Source: the human T2T-CHM13v2.0 reference genome, Homo sapiens
Length of the DNA stretch: 64,000 nt
Strand: one strand, 5' to 3'
NCBI RefSeq assembly: GCF_009914755.1
Contig: NC_060941.1
The translations under genes were made by a program, and so were the position numbers. Positions within the stretch are counted from its first letter, which is position 1. Every line of letters starts with the position of its first letter. Positions 28,431-44,979 of the stretch are shown here, one piece after another. Under the pieces are notes generated by a model that had not been told where the DNA came from, ran no database searches, and saw nothing but the letters and a program-made list of their open reading frames with translations.

Positions 28431-30413
28431 GACAGAAGAAAGGCAGCCACTGATAATATTCAGTGTCCCATAACTGTTGCTCCAGAAACAGTAATAGGAT
28501 CTATTACACCGCAGAAAGATCCACAAAGCCCCCAAACAAAACCTCCATCTGCAGCTGGTTCTGGGGACTCGACAGTGACCCGATATCCTTCCTACCAGAC
28601 AGTAACCTCCCAGAGGGCAGGACGCGCAGCTCGTACATCACTAGCATATTCCCAGGACTTGGTAAGCATTCAACACATCGTAGTGCTGTGGGAAAGTATG
28701 GAGTGGGAACCAGCAGGCCTGAGCTCTAGTCCTTGTTTTGCTACCATTGCTCTGTGTCACTTTGGCAAATCACTGCCTCTTTCTGGGCCTCAGTTCCTTT
28801 CTTCAAATTCCCTCCAAATTCTAACATTACAAGATTTTTAGAAAGATCCAGACTTCAGGGGCACCCCAGAGTATCCACTTCCCATGGGACACGCCCTTCC
28901 TAGACTCCAGTCAGAGGAGTACACAGGCTGTGTTTTCTGCCCTGCTCCCTGTCCCTCCAGCCCTAGCTCTCTGGGTCTCCTGTCAGCACACAGGATGCCT
29001 AAACCAACGACCCCGTGGTGACCTCAGCACAGCCCTTGCTTGTCAGAAGGCTGCTGGGCCTTTGTTTGGCTTCCAGGCTCCCTGACTTTGGTGTGGAGAT
29101 CACAGGTCCCAACACAATGGCCATTGTCTTCCCAGTAATGCCCCTTGCCCCAACCACGCCCCCTGTAGCTCCCAGCTTCAGCTCCGTGGATCGCTGTGGT
29201 GGGCAAGCACACTGGTACTGCTCAGTGCCAGCCATGTGCCATTTGCCACAACCCTCAGAACCCTGCTTTGAATTTCCCTAAAGGGGCGAAGTTACTCTGC
29301 AATCAGGCCAGTCTTTGCCTAGGGGCTTCTCTGCCTCTTAAGTAACCAAGACTTTCTTCCTGTGTGGCTGAGCCTCTCTCCTCTGTGGGAGTGGGACCTA
29401 CAGAAACCCCCAGCACTGGCCCCACCTTCATGCTGGGCACTGTCAGGCTCCCAGAGGCCCTGGAAGAGGCAGTGCTATGGGAGGGCACAGCAGGCATGGA
29501 ACAAATGCTTGTACACCACCCAGCTGATGGCTCCGAGCCTGTCTTGGTGGCTTTGGTCCCCTCAACACTTGGGTCAGCCCCCAGCCCTCAGGCCTTTCTC
29601 ATCAGAAGGGCAACCGACAGGTGAGGGGAGCCAACAGGTTTCAGAATCACCCCTGAGTTAGAAACAGTGTTTGGCTTTCCTTTCGCAAGCCCTTTTCTTG
29701 GAGCAGGCAGGAGGCTGCTACACTTTGTCCTCATGGGCACCACACAGACCCCAGTGAGCACATCCATTCTAGGAAGCCAGCTTTGCCAGAAGAATGAAGG
29801 ACCAGAAGAAGTGCTCCATCCCAGCCTGTGCCTAACACAGCGCTCAGCATGAGGTGTGCTTTCCCCCAAGGAGGCTGTAGGATTCCATCCTGACAAACCC
29901 AAAGCCCACAGCAGAGGCATTCTAATCCAGGCCAGGGCCCAGCACACAGGAGCACTCAATCAAGCATGATGGAGCAGGTACTCGGTCAGTTTTTCCCAAC
30001 TCATTGCTGCAAAGATTTCAAGTGACTGACCCCCACCAACCCTGATGACACACGGAAGCCAACAAGCAGAGGCCACCAACAGAGTGGCCGTCCCCAAAGG
30101 CTACTGAGCTTCTCCTGAGGCAGCCGGACCGAGCGAGGGGCAGGATATGGCCAGAGATGGAGGAGGTGGCCGGAGTGCCATCCTCCAACACAGTGAGGGT
30201 TGCCACGCCATCACGACCCGTTTGCCTGCGGTTTGGATGTGGCCCACCCATAAGGCAGCCTCCTCAGTGTAGAATGACCGCTGAGTCAGCAGCCACACAG
30301 GGAGAAGAAGAGGGAAGGAGACAAATAGGGTAAAGGGCTCCCTGGAAGCCGAGTGAGCCCTCACAGGGCAATGGCTGAACCAGGAGTTGGAGGAAACTGA
30401 TCAGAGCCACACA

Positions 30414-31025
<612 letters not shown>

Positions 31026-31663
31026 CTATGCCGCCCTGGGAGTCAGGGGCTTAGGCTCTGGTGTGGCTCTCGAGGAGAAGAGAGCAAGCCGGGGACAGGC
31101 AGTCCAGGGGAAGGTCCAGATGGGGCTTCCTTATTTAGCCATTCTTCCCACCACATAAAAGGCAAAGCCCTTCGCTGGCTCTGTCTTGAGTGGCTTCAAA
31201 GCACTTCGAGAGGATTTCTGGTCTTTTGGGGCTTGAACTCCCTGAAAGAGTGCCAGGAAGCAAGATGCTTTATCCCCTCCAAAAGGCAGGCTGGGTGGGG
31301 TACAAAGCAGGGTGCATTGAGATGGCCAGTCTCTAGCTTTATCAGGGCTGGTGAAACCTCAAAACCAGGTGCGAGAGATTCTTAGACACTACTGGGTGCT
31401 GCAAGGCATCTCATTAGTCGGGGTATGGAGCACAGCCTGAGGACTCAGTGGCAATACAGGCCTCCCTGCTTCCCAGCCTGACCTCCCTGGCTGCATTCTT
31501 CCCACAGCCAAGGCCAGCCCAGCCCAGAGACAGAGAAAGCGCACACAGGCCTTGGCCAGACCAAAGAGCTGAAGTTTTAGAAAGTCAATACTGGAGTCAG
31601 GGAGAACAGGGCAGGAATGAAGTAAAAAGATTTCCCAAGGCTTTCCAATCGTTTAAAAAAAAA

Positions 31664-31790
31664 TAGCTGGGCCCTGTGGCTAGAGCCTGTAATCCCAGCT
31701 ATTTAGGAGGCCAAGGCAGGAGGATCGCTTAAGCCCAGTTCAAGATCTGCTGGGCAACATAGCAAGACCACATTTTAAAAATAAATACTT
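31664..31790 (+). mobile_element. Alu monomer (FLAM-like)
   Basis: Alu left-arm consensus. Confidence 0.8.
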
Positions 31791-31805
31791 AAAATAACAC
31801 AGAGT

Positions 31806-31953
31806 TGTTTTTTTGTTTTTTTGTTTTTTTTTTAAATAGAGATAGGGTTTCACCATGTTGCCCAGGCTGGTCTCAAACTCCTGGGCTCAAGCAATCCTCC
31901 CGCCTCGGCCTCCCAAAGTGCTGGGATTATAAGTGTGAGCCACCGTGCCTGGC
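31806..31953 (-). mobile_element. Alu monomer (FLAM-like), inverted relative to its neighbour
   Basis: Reverse Alu left-arm consensus. Confidence 0.88.
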
Positions 31954-32529
31954 TGGTAGTTAACAAGTAAAAAGAACTCTGTTGAGTCAGCGGGGGCAGA
32001 GTGGACTGAACAGATCTGACCAATTCTTACTCTCCTGCCAAGTTTCCTTTTGGACCACTGCATGTCTGACAATTGGTAGAGGCCAGATCTAGAGTCTGTG
32101 GCTAAGGGAAAGTTTTACCCTGGCCTGCAGGGAGGTCAAACACACAATTTCGCTTCCCAAGTATCATATTTTAAATTAGCATTCTCCAGAGTATCTTCCC
32201 TGGAAGAATAATTCATGGGGTTGTTTGTACTCTACCGAAGATTCCATAGTTAACAACCAATTCAACAAAGCTAAGTGGGTTTCTTGACTGCAGGGCTTCT
32301 CGGAACCTTTAATATATGTTGTGACTCTCTAAGGGGAAGTATCCATATGCTGATTCTCAGACTTACTGATTAATGAATTGATATTGGGGTTCTGTGGAAC
32401 ATACTTTGAGAAGCTCTGATTTAGCCACACTTATCTGTATAACTAGTGTCTCAATATCCCAGGACCGAGGGGAGGGTTCCTGGGTCTGTGTACTTGCCCA
32501 CCTGCCCAGGTGAGCTTCTGGTGGTGTTA

Positions 32530-32886
<357 letters not shown>

Positions 32887-33759
32887 TTATTCCCCTCGTC
32901 TAACTAAGCTTTGCAACCTTCTCTCACTGCATGTGGAGCTGGAGATGGGGAGCCCTCAGCACAGGCCCTTACTGCCCACCTCAGTTGCTCCAGCAAAGCC
33001 ACCCTTTTCCTTTCTTTGAAGGAGCTCAAACATAGCCAGCTATAGTTTTAAGAAAATTATTATTTTTTCCCCTTTGGCTCACTGGCCTTCAGAGATGAAG
33101 CAACACTCTGCATCCTGAACTCCTGTATTTGATGTCAAGTGGGTGAGCTCAATCAAGTCTCACATCCAGGGGAGAACTGCTCAAAGGTACAATTTACACT
33201 TGCACAAAATATTCAGAGGCTGTAGATAGCACTCCCCACCTCTCCTCCCTCTTCCTATATCCTAGGTATCTACATTATAAAGTCAGGTTTTTAGAAAAAC
33301 CCCAAACCTTTTGGAACATGCTTTGAAATAAATATAACTGGAGCTTTGTATTGGAAAAAGAAAATGTGCTTTAGATCTCAAAATAATTTCAAAGACTACA
33401 AACACAGGACCTGTCTGGGAGTAGTGTTTAATTAGCTGGAAATGATGCTCCCTGTCTGTCCAATTCCTTGAGTCCAGGCATACTGTGACCATCAGGAGAT
33501 TTTTGTGGAATGAATGAGAACCAGCAGCTCGGCCCAGAGGTGATGCCTTAGCCCACATGGTTTAATGAGATTTGATATCTACATTACCGAAGAAGAAAGC
33601 TTTGCTGTCCTCGTCTTCACATCTGCATGAAGCAGGGCTCATCAGGAGTGATTAATTCCATTTTAAAGATGAATAAACATGGAGGCTAAGCACTCTGCTG
33701 AGCAAAGACACGTAATACATTCATCTCCTAGCTCTGGGTCCCTATGTTCTGGATCTTAA

Positions 33760-34063
<304 letters not shown>

Positions 34064-34736
34064 TTGATGACTTTCTTTCTCAGTTCCTGTAATTACTCCC
34101 ACAGGTCACAGAAAGTGGAAGGCTACCACCTCCCTTTGTGATGTAAATGATGTGCCATCATTTACATGCCATCCTTCCTGTTCCTTTGGACAACTGGATC
34201 CAAAATCCTCAAGGTTCAAGTCAGGCTACTACTTAACGTTTGAATCCCCTCTACAACCCCACACCAAGTGGCCCTCCAGGCTATATGCCTCCAGCAGCAG
34301 GGAACTTACCACCTGTCTTAGGCTCATTTCCATTTTGCTCCATCGGGAGGAATGGTTAGGGCCCCTAGCCCGCCAAGACTTGCAATCCCAACTGCAGGTG
34401 GTGTTGGGCTTTGTTTAACTGTGGACTGATGGTGTCACTGGGGCCTTTGATTTCGGCCCATTCACCTTGGAGGATTCTTAGGCCACCTTAGGGCTCTGTT
34501 TTCAGTGGTGCCCAACAATGCCACTATAGACCTGAGAGAGTCCCTGTCAAATGTACTAGCAGGAAGTCACTGCTAGTGGGATCATGTGGGGCCCCAGCTT
34601 AATTCCCTCATCATTTAGTCTCCCCAGCTGTGGAATGAGACTGACTGAAAGCTTAGGGACACTAACTAGTCTTTTAGAATATCTACCCCTAGTCAGGATG
34701 ATAGTGATGTTGGCCCAAATTCCTTTGGGGGTTATA

Positions 34737-35042
<306 letters not shown>

Positions 35043-35309
35043 GATTATACTTTTCAAAGTGCTTTAGCCCCTCTATGGTATTTGACTTCACAGCAGCTCT
35101 CTAAATGCAGTTACTTGAGGGGAAATCCAAGGGGGAGAAGGAGATGTCCCCTGCTCAGTGAGGTCTGTCACAGTGTCTTCCCTCCTCCCCGTGGGCCCTG
35201 TGTGGCACCAGTAGAGTCACCAATGGCGAAAGCCAGTGTGGATCATCCCAAGGGCCTGGGAGCAATGTGAGATTTTTTCATTTGATGTGAACAGACACAA
35301 TAACGGTTC

Positions 35310-35550
35310 ACATTTATTGAACCTTTTCTGTGGTGAGGTATTGTGCCAAATCCTCTAAATATATTCCTTCATCTAATTCTTACGACCGCTCCATGTGAGA
35401 AGTATAGCCACCTCCATTTTACAGATGAAGAAACTGAGGTTCAGACTGGTGAAGTGACTTGCCCAAAGTCATGTGGACTTGGGGCAGGAGCCTGGACACG
35501 AGCCCAGCCTGCAGGCTTGCAGGCTCCTAACTACCAGCCTGTGCATCACC
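35310..35550. mobile_element. MIR element
   Basis: Core ccattttacagatgaagaaactgaggttcaga...gtgacttgcccaaagtca. Confidence 0.75.
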
Positions 35551-36520
35551 TCTCACTAAAAACAAAACCCAAGCCACGTACCCCGCAAACGCTTCATATC
35601 TGACTTGTGTGGAGGTGACAAAACCGATTCCTGAAGCTTTGTGTCTGGTGGGTGTGAGACACTCTCGCAGCTGCTCCCCAGTGTGAGGGCTGCCTCAGTC
35701 TCTCACCTGCCCTTTGAGGAGGTAGCAGGCTGAACAGTGTTCAGAACTCAGTGTGTCCTCAAATCAGCCAGGTGGGTTTGCCTGTAGGTGCTCAGAACCA
35801 TTCGGGTTCCACTGACATCAGGGGCTTGGCTCTAGCCTCTCCCAATTTTTGAAGAACTAGACTCCCACATTTGCTCCCTCTAGCCACCAACAACTCTTCT
35901 CTACTTCCCTTCAGATTAATTGGGGTTGGGGAAGAAAATGTTCATTGCCCATGAAAATTATCTTGGAGAAGTTGGCTTCAGTAGCCTCTTTATAGGCTTG
36001 GGGGCTGCTTGGACAAGGAGGTTCTGTGTGTGTAGAGGGGCCCATGAATATTACCATTTGTTATTTTTAGTTTTTCCAGGAAATTTGTAATCATGTATCA
36101 TTTTTTATTCTCTCCCCTCTTCCTCCTTCTCCTCACCCCATTCACTTGTGTCCCTCTTTTATTTCTCTTACTTCCTAATTCTTATATCATGCTTGCATGT
36201 CTTACATTCATCCTTCAAGACATGATTTGAATGTCACCTCTTCTAGGAAGCCTCCCATGATGTCTCCAGGCAATTTAGCAATTCCTCTGCTGCCCCTTGT
36301 GTATATCTTTATAACAGCTCTTAGAAAGTGAATGTCATTATTTACTCAAACATCTCCACTTCTTCACTGGATGGCAGGTAAGTCCCTGGAGAAAAGAACC
36401 TATGTATTCCATAGCTTAGCGTAGTGTTTGGCACATAGTAGGTGCCTGTATAATAGTTACAGAAGGAAGGAATGTTTCTTAAGCTTTTATGTCTCGTGTG
36501 ACTTTAAAACAAAAATAACA

Positions 36521-36990
<470 letters not shown>

Positions 36991-38381
36991 TCATTGAATA
37001 CAGAGAGGCAGCACAGACTGGAAATGCTGCATAAAGCTTAAATTGGGCAGGGCCCAAGCGTTGTTGGGTCTTTGGAGACAATGGCTCCTGAGAATTTTTT
37101 TAGGCTTTCCAGGAACTACAGAGAGTTGCTTCATGTCAGGAACACAAATTCTTAAAGAGCTAGTCACCAAGTATGGGGGGCCAACCCATTCTTGGAAAGG
37201 TCTCTCGCTCTAAGCAGCAAACAGCTCTCATGTTGCTTCTTCCAATCTATTCATGTAATGCTCCCAACAAAAGCACAAACACCACAATATGAAATGAACA
37301 CCTAAAACCATTCCTTTCACCAGCCCAGGGACATTGAGACAATAAATACTGAAACAATCACTTCAGAGCAGTGTGTAACAGAAGACAAGAGTCATTTTAA
37401 AAAGCAACAGGGAAAAAACCCAACCCAGAAACCCAGATAGTGGTGGAAATTAACATCTTGATAAAGACAGAGAAGCCTAGATAAAGCCAGAGGATAGTGT
37501 GTGGGGAGAGTGAAAACCGATACAAATTTTCCAGGAAAAGGATTGGATCAAAGTAATGAAAGTGTAATGTCAAAGAATACTTTCCTAAAATACAGACAGT
37601 ATGTCATTCCTACTCTTGTTATTCATAGGCAGTTCAAACTTCTCTAGACGTACTTCAAAACAAAAACCTTTTAGAATTATTGGGTGGGAGAAATCTTGGG
37701 ACAGAAAAAAAACTTTGGGATGGGAATGGGGATGACAAGAATTGATGGGTCAGAGTTCCAAATGCAGATGCTTTTCCTGTGCCCTGCCTTAGCCAGAAAT
37801 AGCTTCTTCATGAGCAGGGCCACCAGCTGAGGTCCCCACACTCTACCAGTGTTGGTAAATGTGGGTAAACACCTTAAATTGCCTCAGGATTCAATCCCTC
37901 CCACTATCCTCCAAGAACAGGGTGAAGTTCTGAATATATCTCTCTATACAAATGCATTCTATTGTTGATACTTTTTCCAGAGAGGAGGAAATTAACAGTA
38001 ATAGTAATCAATATTATTGACTGCAACGAAATGTCTTCTTTGGAAATTGACTGATGGTCACGTATCAAGGGGAGATGCTGGGTTTTCTCTCAGGGAAGAC
38101 ATTTCACTCTGTCACCTACTTGGTTTCAAAGAGAAGGAGGTGGAAGGAGGGGCCAAAAAGTTTAAGGTATGCTGCATACACTGACAGGCTCCTCAGAGCA
38201 ACTGGCTGGGTAGCAAGGGGGCTGTGACTGAAGAACATGACAGAAGCCAATCCATTGTACAGCAACCACCAAGGCCAAATCTACTTGCCACCTTCCTCAT
38301 ATCTGCCAAGTGCTCACAAGGCCTTGTCGATGAAAGGGAAACTGAGGCAGCCAATGGGGTGAGAGGGCAAAGGTCACTTCA

Positions 38382-38633
<252 letters not shown>

Positions 38634-38912
38634 TTAGGGTACTAGTGGGAGACATCTGGGGAGAAACATTCTTTTTCTAGGGGGTGCTACCTATGGTCTA
38701 TGCAAAATTCTGAATTTTCCCCCCATCTAAGCTACAACTTTGGGGTAGACATGAGGCCAAAATGGAAGCTAAACAGAGGAGAAGGTGACTGCCCCTGTAC
38801 GGTACACCTCATCCCTTTCTTCTGAGGTTAGTGGGCAAAAGAGGACTTCCCATCTTCAGGAATAAAAAAGCACCACCACCACTCTCTCTTATTAAGCAAA
38901 AAGAAAAGCTCT

Positions 38913-39242
38913 TGTTTTATTTAATTAATTAATTAATTTATTTATTATTATTTTTTTTGATGTGGAGTTTTGCTCTTGTCACCCAGGCTGGAGTGCAACG
39001 GCATCTTGGCTCACTGCAACCTCCACCAGGATCCTGGGTTCAAGCGATTCTCCTGCCTCAGCCTCCAGAGTAACTGGGATTATAGATGCCCAGCACCACA
39101 CCCAGCTAAATTTTTTATTTTTAGTAGAGATGGGGTTTCACCATGTTGGCCAGGCTGGGCTCACACTCCTGACCTTAGGTGATCCATCTGCCTCGGCCTC
39201 CCAAAGTGCTGGGATTACAGACGTGAGCCACCGCGCCTGGCC
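38913..39242 (-). mobile_element. AluS-type element
   Basis: Reverse Alu with (TTAA)/(TTA) tail. Confidence 0.92.
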
Positions 39243-42200
39243 ATTTTATTTTGCTTTCCTCCATTTTCCTGCAATGTGGGAGATTTAAAAGGCAGGAGGC
39301 CCACTGGAAAGTGGGGATGCCTTTAGCTTGGGGCTGGACTCCCTGATCCTACAATGAAGTAGGGATAGCATCAGTTTCTGAATTTGCCCAATTTTAGCTT
39401 CAACCTCTCCTACATTATTTTCCTTTTGAATGGGTATCTCCATTTCTTATAAAACAGGGGTGAAATGTATGTGTTCACCTTCTAAGAAGCAAGGAGGATG
39501 TCTTAGCCAAATAGTAAATAATTTTCAGAGTTTTAGAAAAGTTTTCCAAAATACAATGTTGTATCTCCTTGGGACGGGAGGATCACACCACTGAGGTGAG
39601 GCAAGTAGTTAAAAAAAAAAAAAATCCACAGCTCCACCTTCCAGACAAAATCTACTGGGCTAATGGGGACAAATAACTTCAATTTCGGACATTAACAATT
39701 TTAGATGCTTGTTTTCCTGTATTATGTTTCTCATAAATTTTAAATACTGGATAAGAACATGGTTATACTTTTCATTTCTCATAAACACAGGTGTGTAAAC
39801 TGCTAGTTTTAGCACCTTTGAATTTTATTTGTCTAGAATGGTTTCAACTTTGCCAATATCTTTTCTTGCTTATTGAACAGATGCTTTGAAAAGAGAGATA
39901 TAATTTAAAACTAGAAATTAAAATAGTGTGCAGCACAGAACAAAAGTACTAAAGAAGCAATATATACATGTTTACTATTTATTTAATGCAGGTACATATT
40001 TAACTTACAAAAACCAGCACCCCATTACTGTATGTTGATATATATATTAGCTTGATAGAACAAGAAAAAAAACGGAAGGGAAAACTAGTTTCAGGTGAAA
40101 CAAAAAAGAAAACGGTGTAGAGGCTGAAATAGATACAGCATTGCAACATAATAAGCAATTTTATTTCTAAATGGCGCCTTTAAATATGTCAAATAAAATT
40201 AATTCTGTTTAATGAATAAAAATCCAGTAATCGAACATATTTTATAAGCATTTGGGTAGTTGTGATTATTTTATTAAGACTTTGATATTAAACTCGTGAG
40301 AACACAGGCTTTGATAGAGATGTTTTTGAGAAATGCAAACTTTTTATATTAATTATATATAAGAACGAATTTCTCAAGTATTTACAAAGGTAATTTCCAA
40401 GTACACAATATGAGGAAGTAACAAGAAGAACAAAAAATGAGAAAACGAGTTACAGTTTCAAACGTGGAGAATTCACATTAAGAGGAAAATAATGTAATAA
40501 ACGTTTTAGACATATCCTTGTAAACATCACAGATCATTTAAAAGTTTATTTCTGGTCAATATTTCCACCGATATTTTTAGGATGGAAAAATACTTTCAAC
40601 GGCTACGAACAAGACGCCTCGAACCTTAGGGGAAAAATTGCATTTTAAAAGTGAATATTGCTTTAGCAAATTCTTCGGCTATTTTTCTTTTGTTTAAATG
40701 CCTTTACCTGTGTTCATTTTGTATGCCTAAGAAACCTAGAAAAATAGGGTACTGTTCTAAGTGGGAATGATTCTGTGGAAACAGTGAATTAGCCCAACAA
40801 TTGGGGAGGGTTTAAAAAAAGCCCCCAAGAACCTTATAAATAATGGCAAAACCTTTTAAGTCCGACTTAAAAGAGTGAGGAGTAAGATGGCGCAGTTATA
40901 CCTTCACAGCCCTCTGACCCCAAAATTCACGTGTGTTCACCGGGAAGAGCCGGGAGAGCTGGTTATTTTTGTTTGTTTGTTTGAAAACACAGCTCAGGTT
41001 CAGAGGTTCCCTAACACGGAGAAAGGCACCGGTCCCGAAGAGGGCCTGCGGCCATTGTGTCCCAAGCGCAGGTGTCAAACGCCGGCCGCGGCGCCCGCAG
41101 GGTCCGTCCCGCACGCTCCTTCTCAAACAATGACTTTGCTGCCCACGAGCAGAGAAGCCTGGACTCCAGCGCAGTCCGCAGCGCGTTCGTTAAGGAGCCC
41201 AACTTCGGCTTCTTAGAATGCAGCCCACTTTCTAGACGCCCCCGGCGCACCTGCCTCGAGGCCGCGAGAAAGGCCAGCTCCGGCCGGGAGCCGGGGACCG
41301 GGAAGCGCGCAGTCCCGACCTTCCTCCCCTGCCTTTCTCTTCCAGGAGGTTTACTAGAACTCCGGGAACTCCAAAACGCGACTTTTCTTTCTCTTTGCTT
41401 TTCGTCTTAAGGGAACACGGTGGGCAAAAGAAGGGAGTGCGTGTGCCCGAGGCTTGGGAGCCCCCTGTGCAGTGACCTAGGAACCGCTAGCGATTTCTTG
41501 AAAAATTACTTTAATCAAGTCCGGCGCTCCCGGGAGCGGGGGAGGAAAGGCAGCACCCGCTCGGGACGGGAGAAAAAAGCCTCCAGGTCTGTCCCGCGTC
41601 TCCAACTCGGCGAGGGTCTCCGGCTCCCCAGTCCCTCTCCCTGCCCTGCTGGGGCCTGGGGCTTTGGGGAGGGAAGAGCGGGGCTGGGGTCTAAGGACCC
41701 TGGGCCGGGCCTGGCTCTCCGCCGGCCGGGCCTGCGGGTGTCGGCGACCCGGGGGCTCCGCGGGCGGCTCGGGCGCTCACAGAGCCCGCGTCCCGCGCCA
41801 GAGCGGTGAGGCCGCGGGGCCGCACGGGGCGCCTGGCTGGGTGCGCGCTGGGAGCGGCGAGCAGCCCCGCGCCCGCGTTTTGATCTCCTTCCCCCCTCTA
41901 AGCCGCGTTTACAACTTCACCAATGAATAACCCGCCTCTCTTTTCAACCTAATCCGGCTCTTTGTGTATCTTTCTGTTGATGATTTATAGAAATAAATTA
42001 ATAACACCCCAACTCCACGTGCTGCAGTTTATGTTACGTCTCAGCTGCGGCCAGCCCGGCGCGGGGCTGGGTGCGGAGGGGCGCCCCAGGTCCTTCCAGC
42101 GCCGCGCTAGAAAGCGGGCGCCTGCGGCCGGGTGGGAGGGCCTAGGCCCTGTGGCCCCCGGTGGCCGGCGGTGGGAGCCTGGTTCATCCGCCAGGTCCTG

Positions 42201-43512
42201 AGCGACCTCCCCGGCAGCCCTGGCGCCCCAGCCGCTCCTAGGGGCCACTCTCTCGACCCCTCTTAGCCTCCGCGACTCACACCTTCCGCCTCGCGGAACT
42301 CTCTTGCAGGAGTTCTCTCCCGGTAGGGGAGAAATCACCTCCGGGCGGGAGAGCGACGAGGGAAGAACCTCAAACCTATGAATTATACCAAAGTGTGTTT
42401 GGGGAAAAAAAATCTACAAGTTCCCCTGATTGTTTTGGCTAGAGGGCAAACCGCCAGGCCCTCGGAGCACAAATTCAAATGCAAGGTCATATCCCACCCC
42501 AAACCGCCGCTGCGGACGTGCGGCCAAGGCTCAGCCCCGAAATCGCAGCGCTTCAGTGTCCGAAGCCACGCGATGGGCTCTGTCCTAAAGCGGAGTGGCC
42601 CGGGAGCGACGTGCTGTCTCAGGGAACCGCTCGGCTCCTTAGATAATTAGTAACCAGCTGTCAAAGTCTAGGGCGGTCGGGGAGGACCCACAAACGATCC
42701 CGGCCCTGGGGATACACTGCCAGCCGGCCTGAACTCCCGGGGAGAGGCCGGGGGTGGGCAGCGAGGTCTGGAAACGCCCTCCTTTCTCAGACTGAGACCA
42801 GATCCTCTGCGAACTGAGGTCTGAGACGCGTTCGCCCCCACACCACCGCGCTTGGTTTCTTTGGCCCCGCGCGTGTCCACCCGGACCCTGCATGGAACAT
42901 GCCCTTTGCAAATCTAAACCCGCGTTGGGGATCCCGGATAATTCCGGGCCTTGCATGGGCGCGGCTAACAAGAGTGCCCACCAGGGAACTCGCCTCCCAG
43001 ATCCCGGCTCCGGATGCCGCCTGTCCTTCGGCAAAGAACTGCAGGTCATCATGCAGGTCAATGTGTCCGAGGCCGACATGCGGCTTTCCAGACCCGAGGC
43101 AGCGCGCAGGAAAAATGCGCGGCCTGGGGCTTGCAGCGGCGCGAGGCTCTGCTCCCGGGAAGTCGCAGCGGTTTCACTGCACCCACTCGCACCTTCAGTC
43201 GCGTGGGCAAACCTCCCGGCAAAGGGCTCCACAGCTCCAGTTCTCCCCGGCCCAGCCCCAGCCCCGCGGGGAAAAGCCCTTGGGTCTCGGACGCTGGCCT
43301 GGGCCTGGGGAGAAGAAGCCCGGTGGGCCGCAGGGTCGTCCCGCTAAGGGATTGGGAAGGGTCCGGGTGTTGGGAGAGAAGCAGAGCGCCCCCCGGGGGA
43401 CTTCTCTGGTGGGAAACGGGCTTGGCGAGTGTGGTCGGGCGCAGTGTCACTCAGGCCCGGGGCCGGGGCTCCAGGGGTTCGGGTGGGTCCCCTCCACCTC
43501 GCTCTGCGCCTA

Positions 43513-44032
<520 letters not shown>

Positions 44033-44300
44033 AACTTGCCATGATCGCCACCATTAGGCCATATAAGATATGCAAATTAGTGGGAAGGGCCCAGCTTTCG
44101 GCTGGATGCAAATGATGGTGGGGAGGGGGAAACCCGGAGAGAGGGAGAGCCGGAGGGGCAGACCTGGAGAGCAGAAGACCTGGGCCGGGAGCGGGGCTTT
44201 GCCAGGGTCCATTGTACTCACGCTGGGGGGCTAGAGACCTTCTTTTACTGGTTCTGCTTATCAGCCAAACTTCACCTAACCTTTGGACTTGTTAAGCCAG
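44033..44300 (-). promoter_or_regulatory. HNF1B: HNF1B proximal promoter: TATA-like box 44061-44066, octamers ATGCAAAT at 44070-44077 and 44106-44113, DR1 AGTCCA-A-AGGTTA at 44277-44289
   Basis: Motifs read directly; an octamer and a DR1 (HNF4/COUP-TF) site are established elements of the vHNF1/HNF1B promoter. Confidence 0.85.
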
Positions 44301-44889
44301 TGCCTTGCAGCCTAGGCGCGGGGCTTTTCCACCGGTTCTCAGTTCCGCTTTAGTCCAGAGAGAAGACACTACGCTTCGGGGTTCAGGTGAGAGCCAGAGG
44401 AAGCTGGGGTGCTCGTGGAAGAAGGGGACGCAGGAGGAAGCGAAGAGTAGAGACCCTGGATGCGTCCCGGCCGACGCAGGTGGTGGGCCAGGAGAGCCCG
44501 CAGGGCGGAAGAGAAACTGACCACTTAGGAAGGGGCGCCGAGGCCACGGGGGAGGTGAGGCAGCGTTAGGTGTGGTGAGCATGCCCTGGAGGGACTCCAT
44601 TTATTTCTACCTCGGTTACTACCTCCAGGCCCCAGAACCTCCCTGGCCTGGTCTGGCGGTTTGGGTTTGCAGAACTGCCCGCCAGAGAGCGTAGGCGAGG
44701 GTGAAGGAGTCCGGGAGAACTCTTGGAAAGAGACTACTTTATGGGTAGAGGGAGTAGCCAAAGTGAAGCTCCCCCAGCAGCTGGGCTGCACCGGCGCCCA
44801 GCCTGGCCACGCCACTGGGGAGCTGGACCCCTGGGGCTCCTCACTCTCCTGTTTAAACCCGGATGTCAAGGCGCCTCCGCCTTGGGGGA

Positions 44890-44979
44890 GGATGGTGAGG
44901 CAGAATGGTGAGGCACTAGGATGGTGAGGCACTAGGATGGTGAGGCACTAGGATGGTGAGGCACTAGGATGGTGAGGCA
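44890..44979. repeat. 16-bp minisatellite ATGGTGAGGCACTAGG (4 full plus 2 partial copies)
   Basis: Perfect units at 44905, 44921, 44937 and 44953. Confidence 0.95.

Noticed and set aside
44890-44979. Repeat array considered as CRISPR-like
   Set aside because: Head-to-tail units with no spacers, in a mammalian genome: a minisatellite
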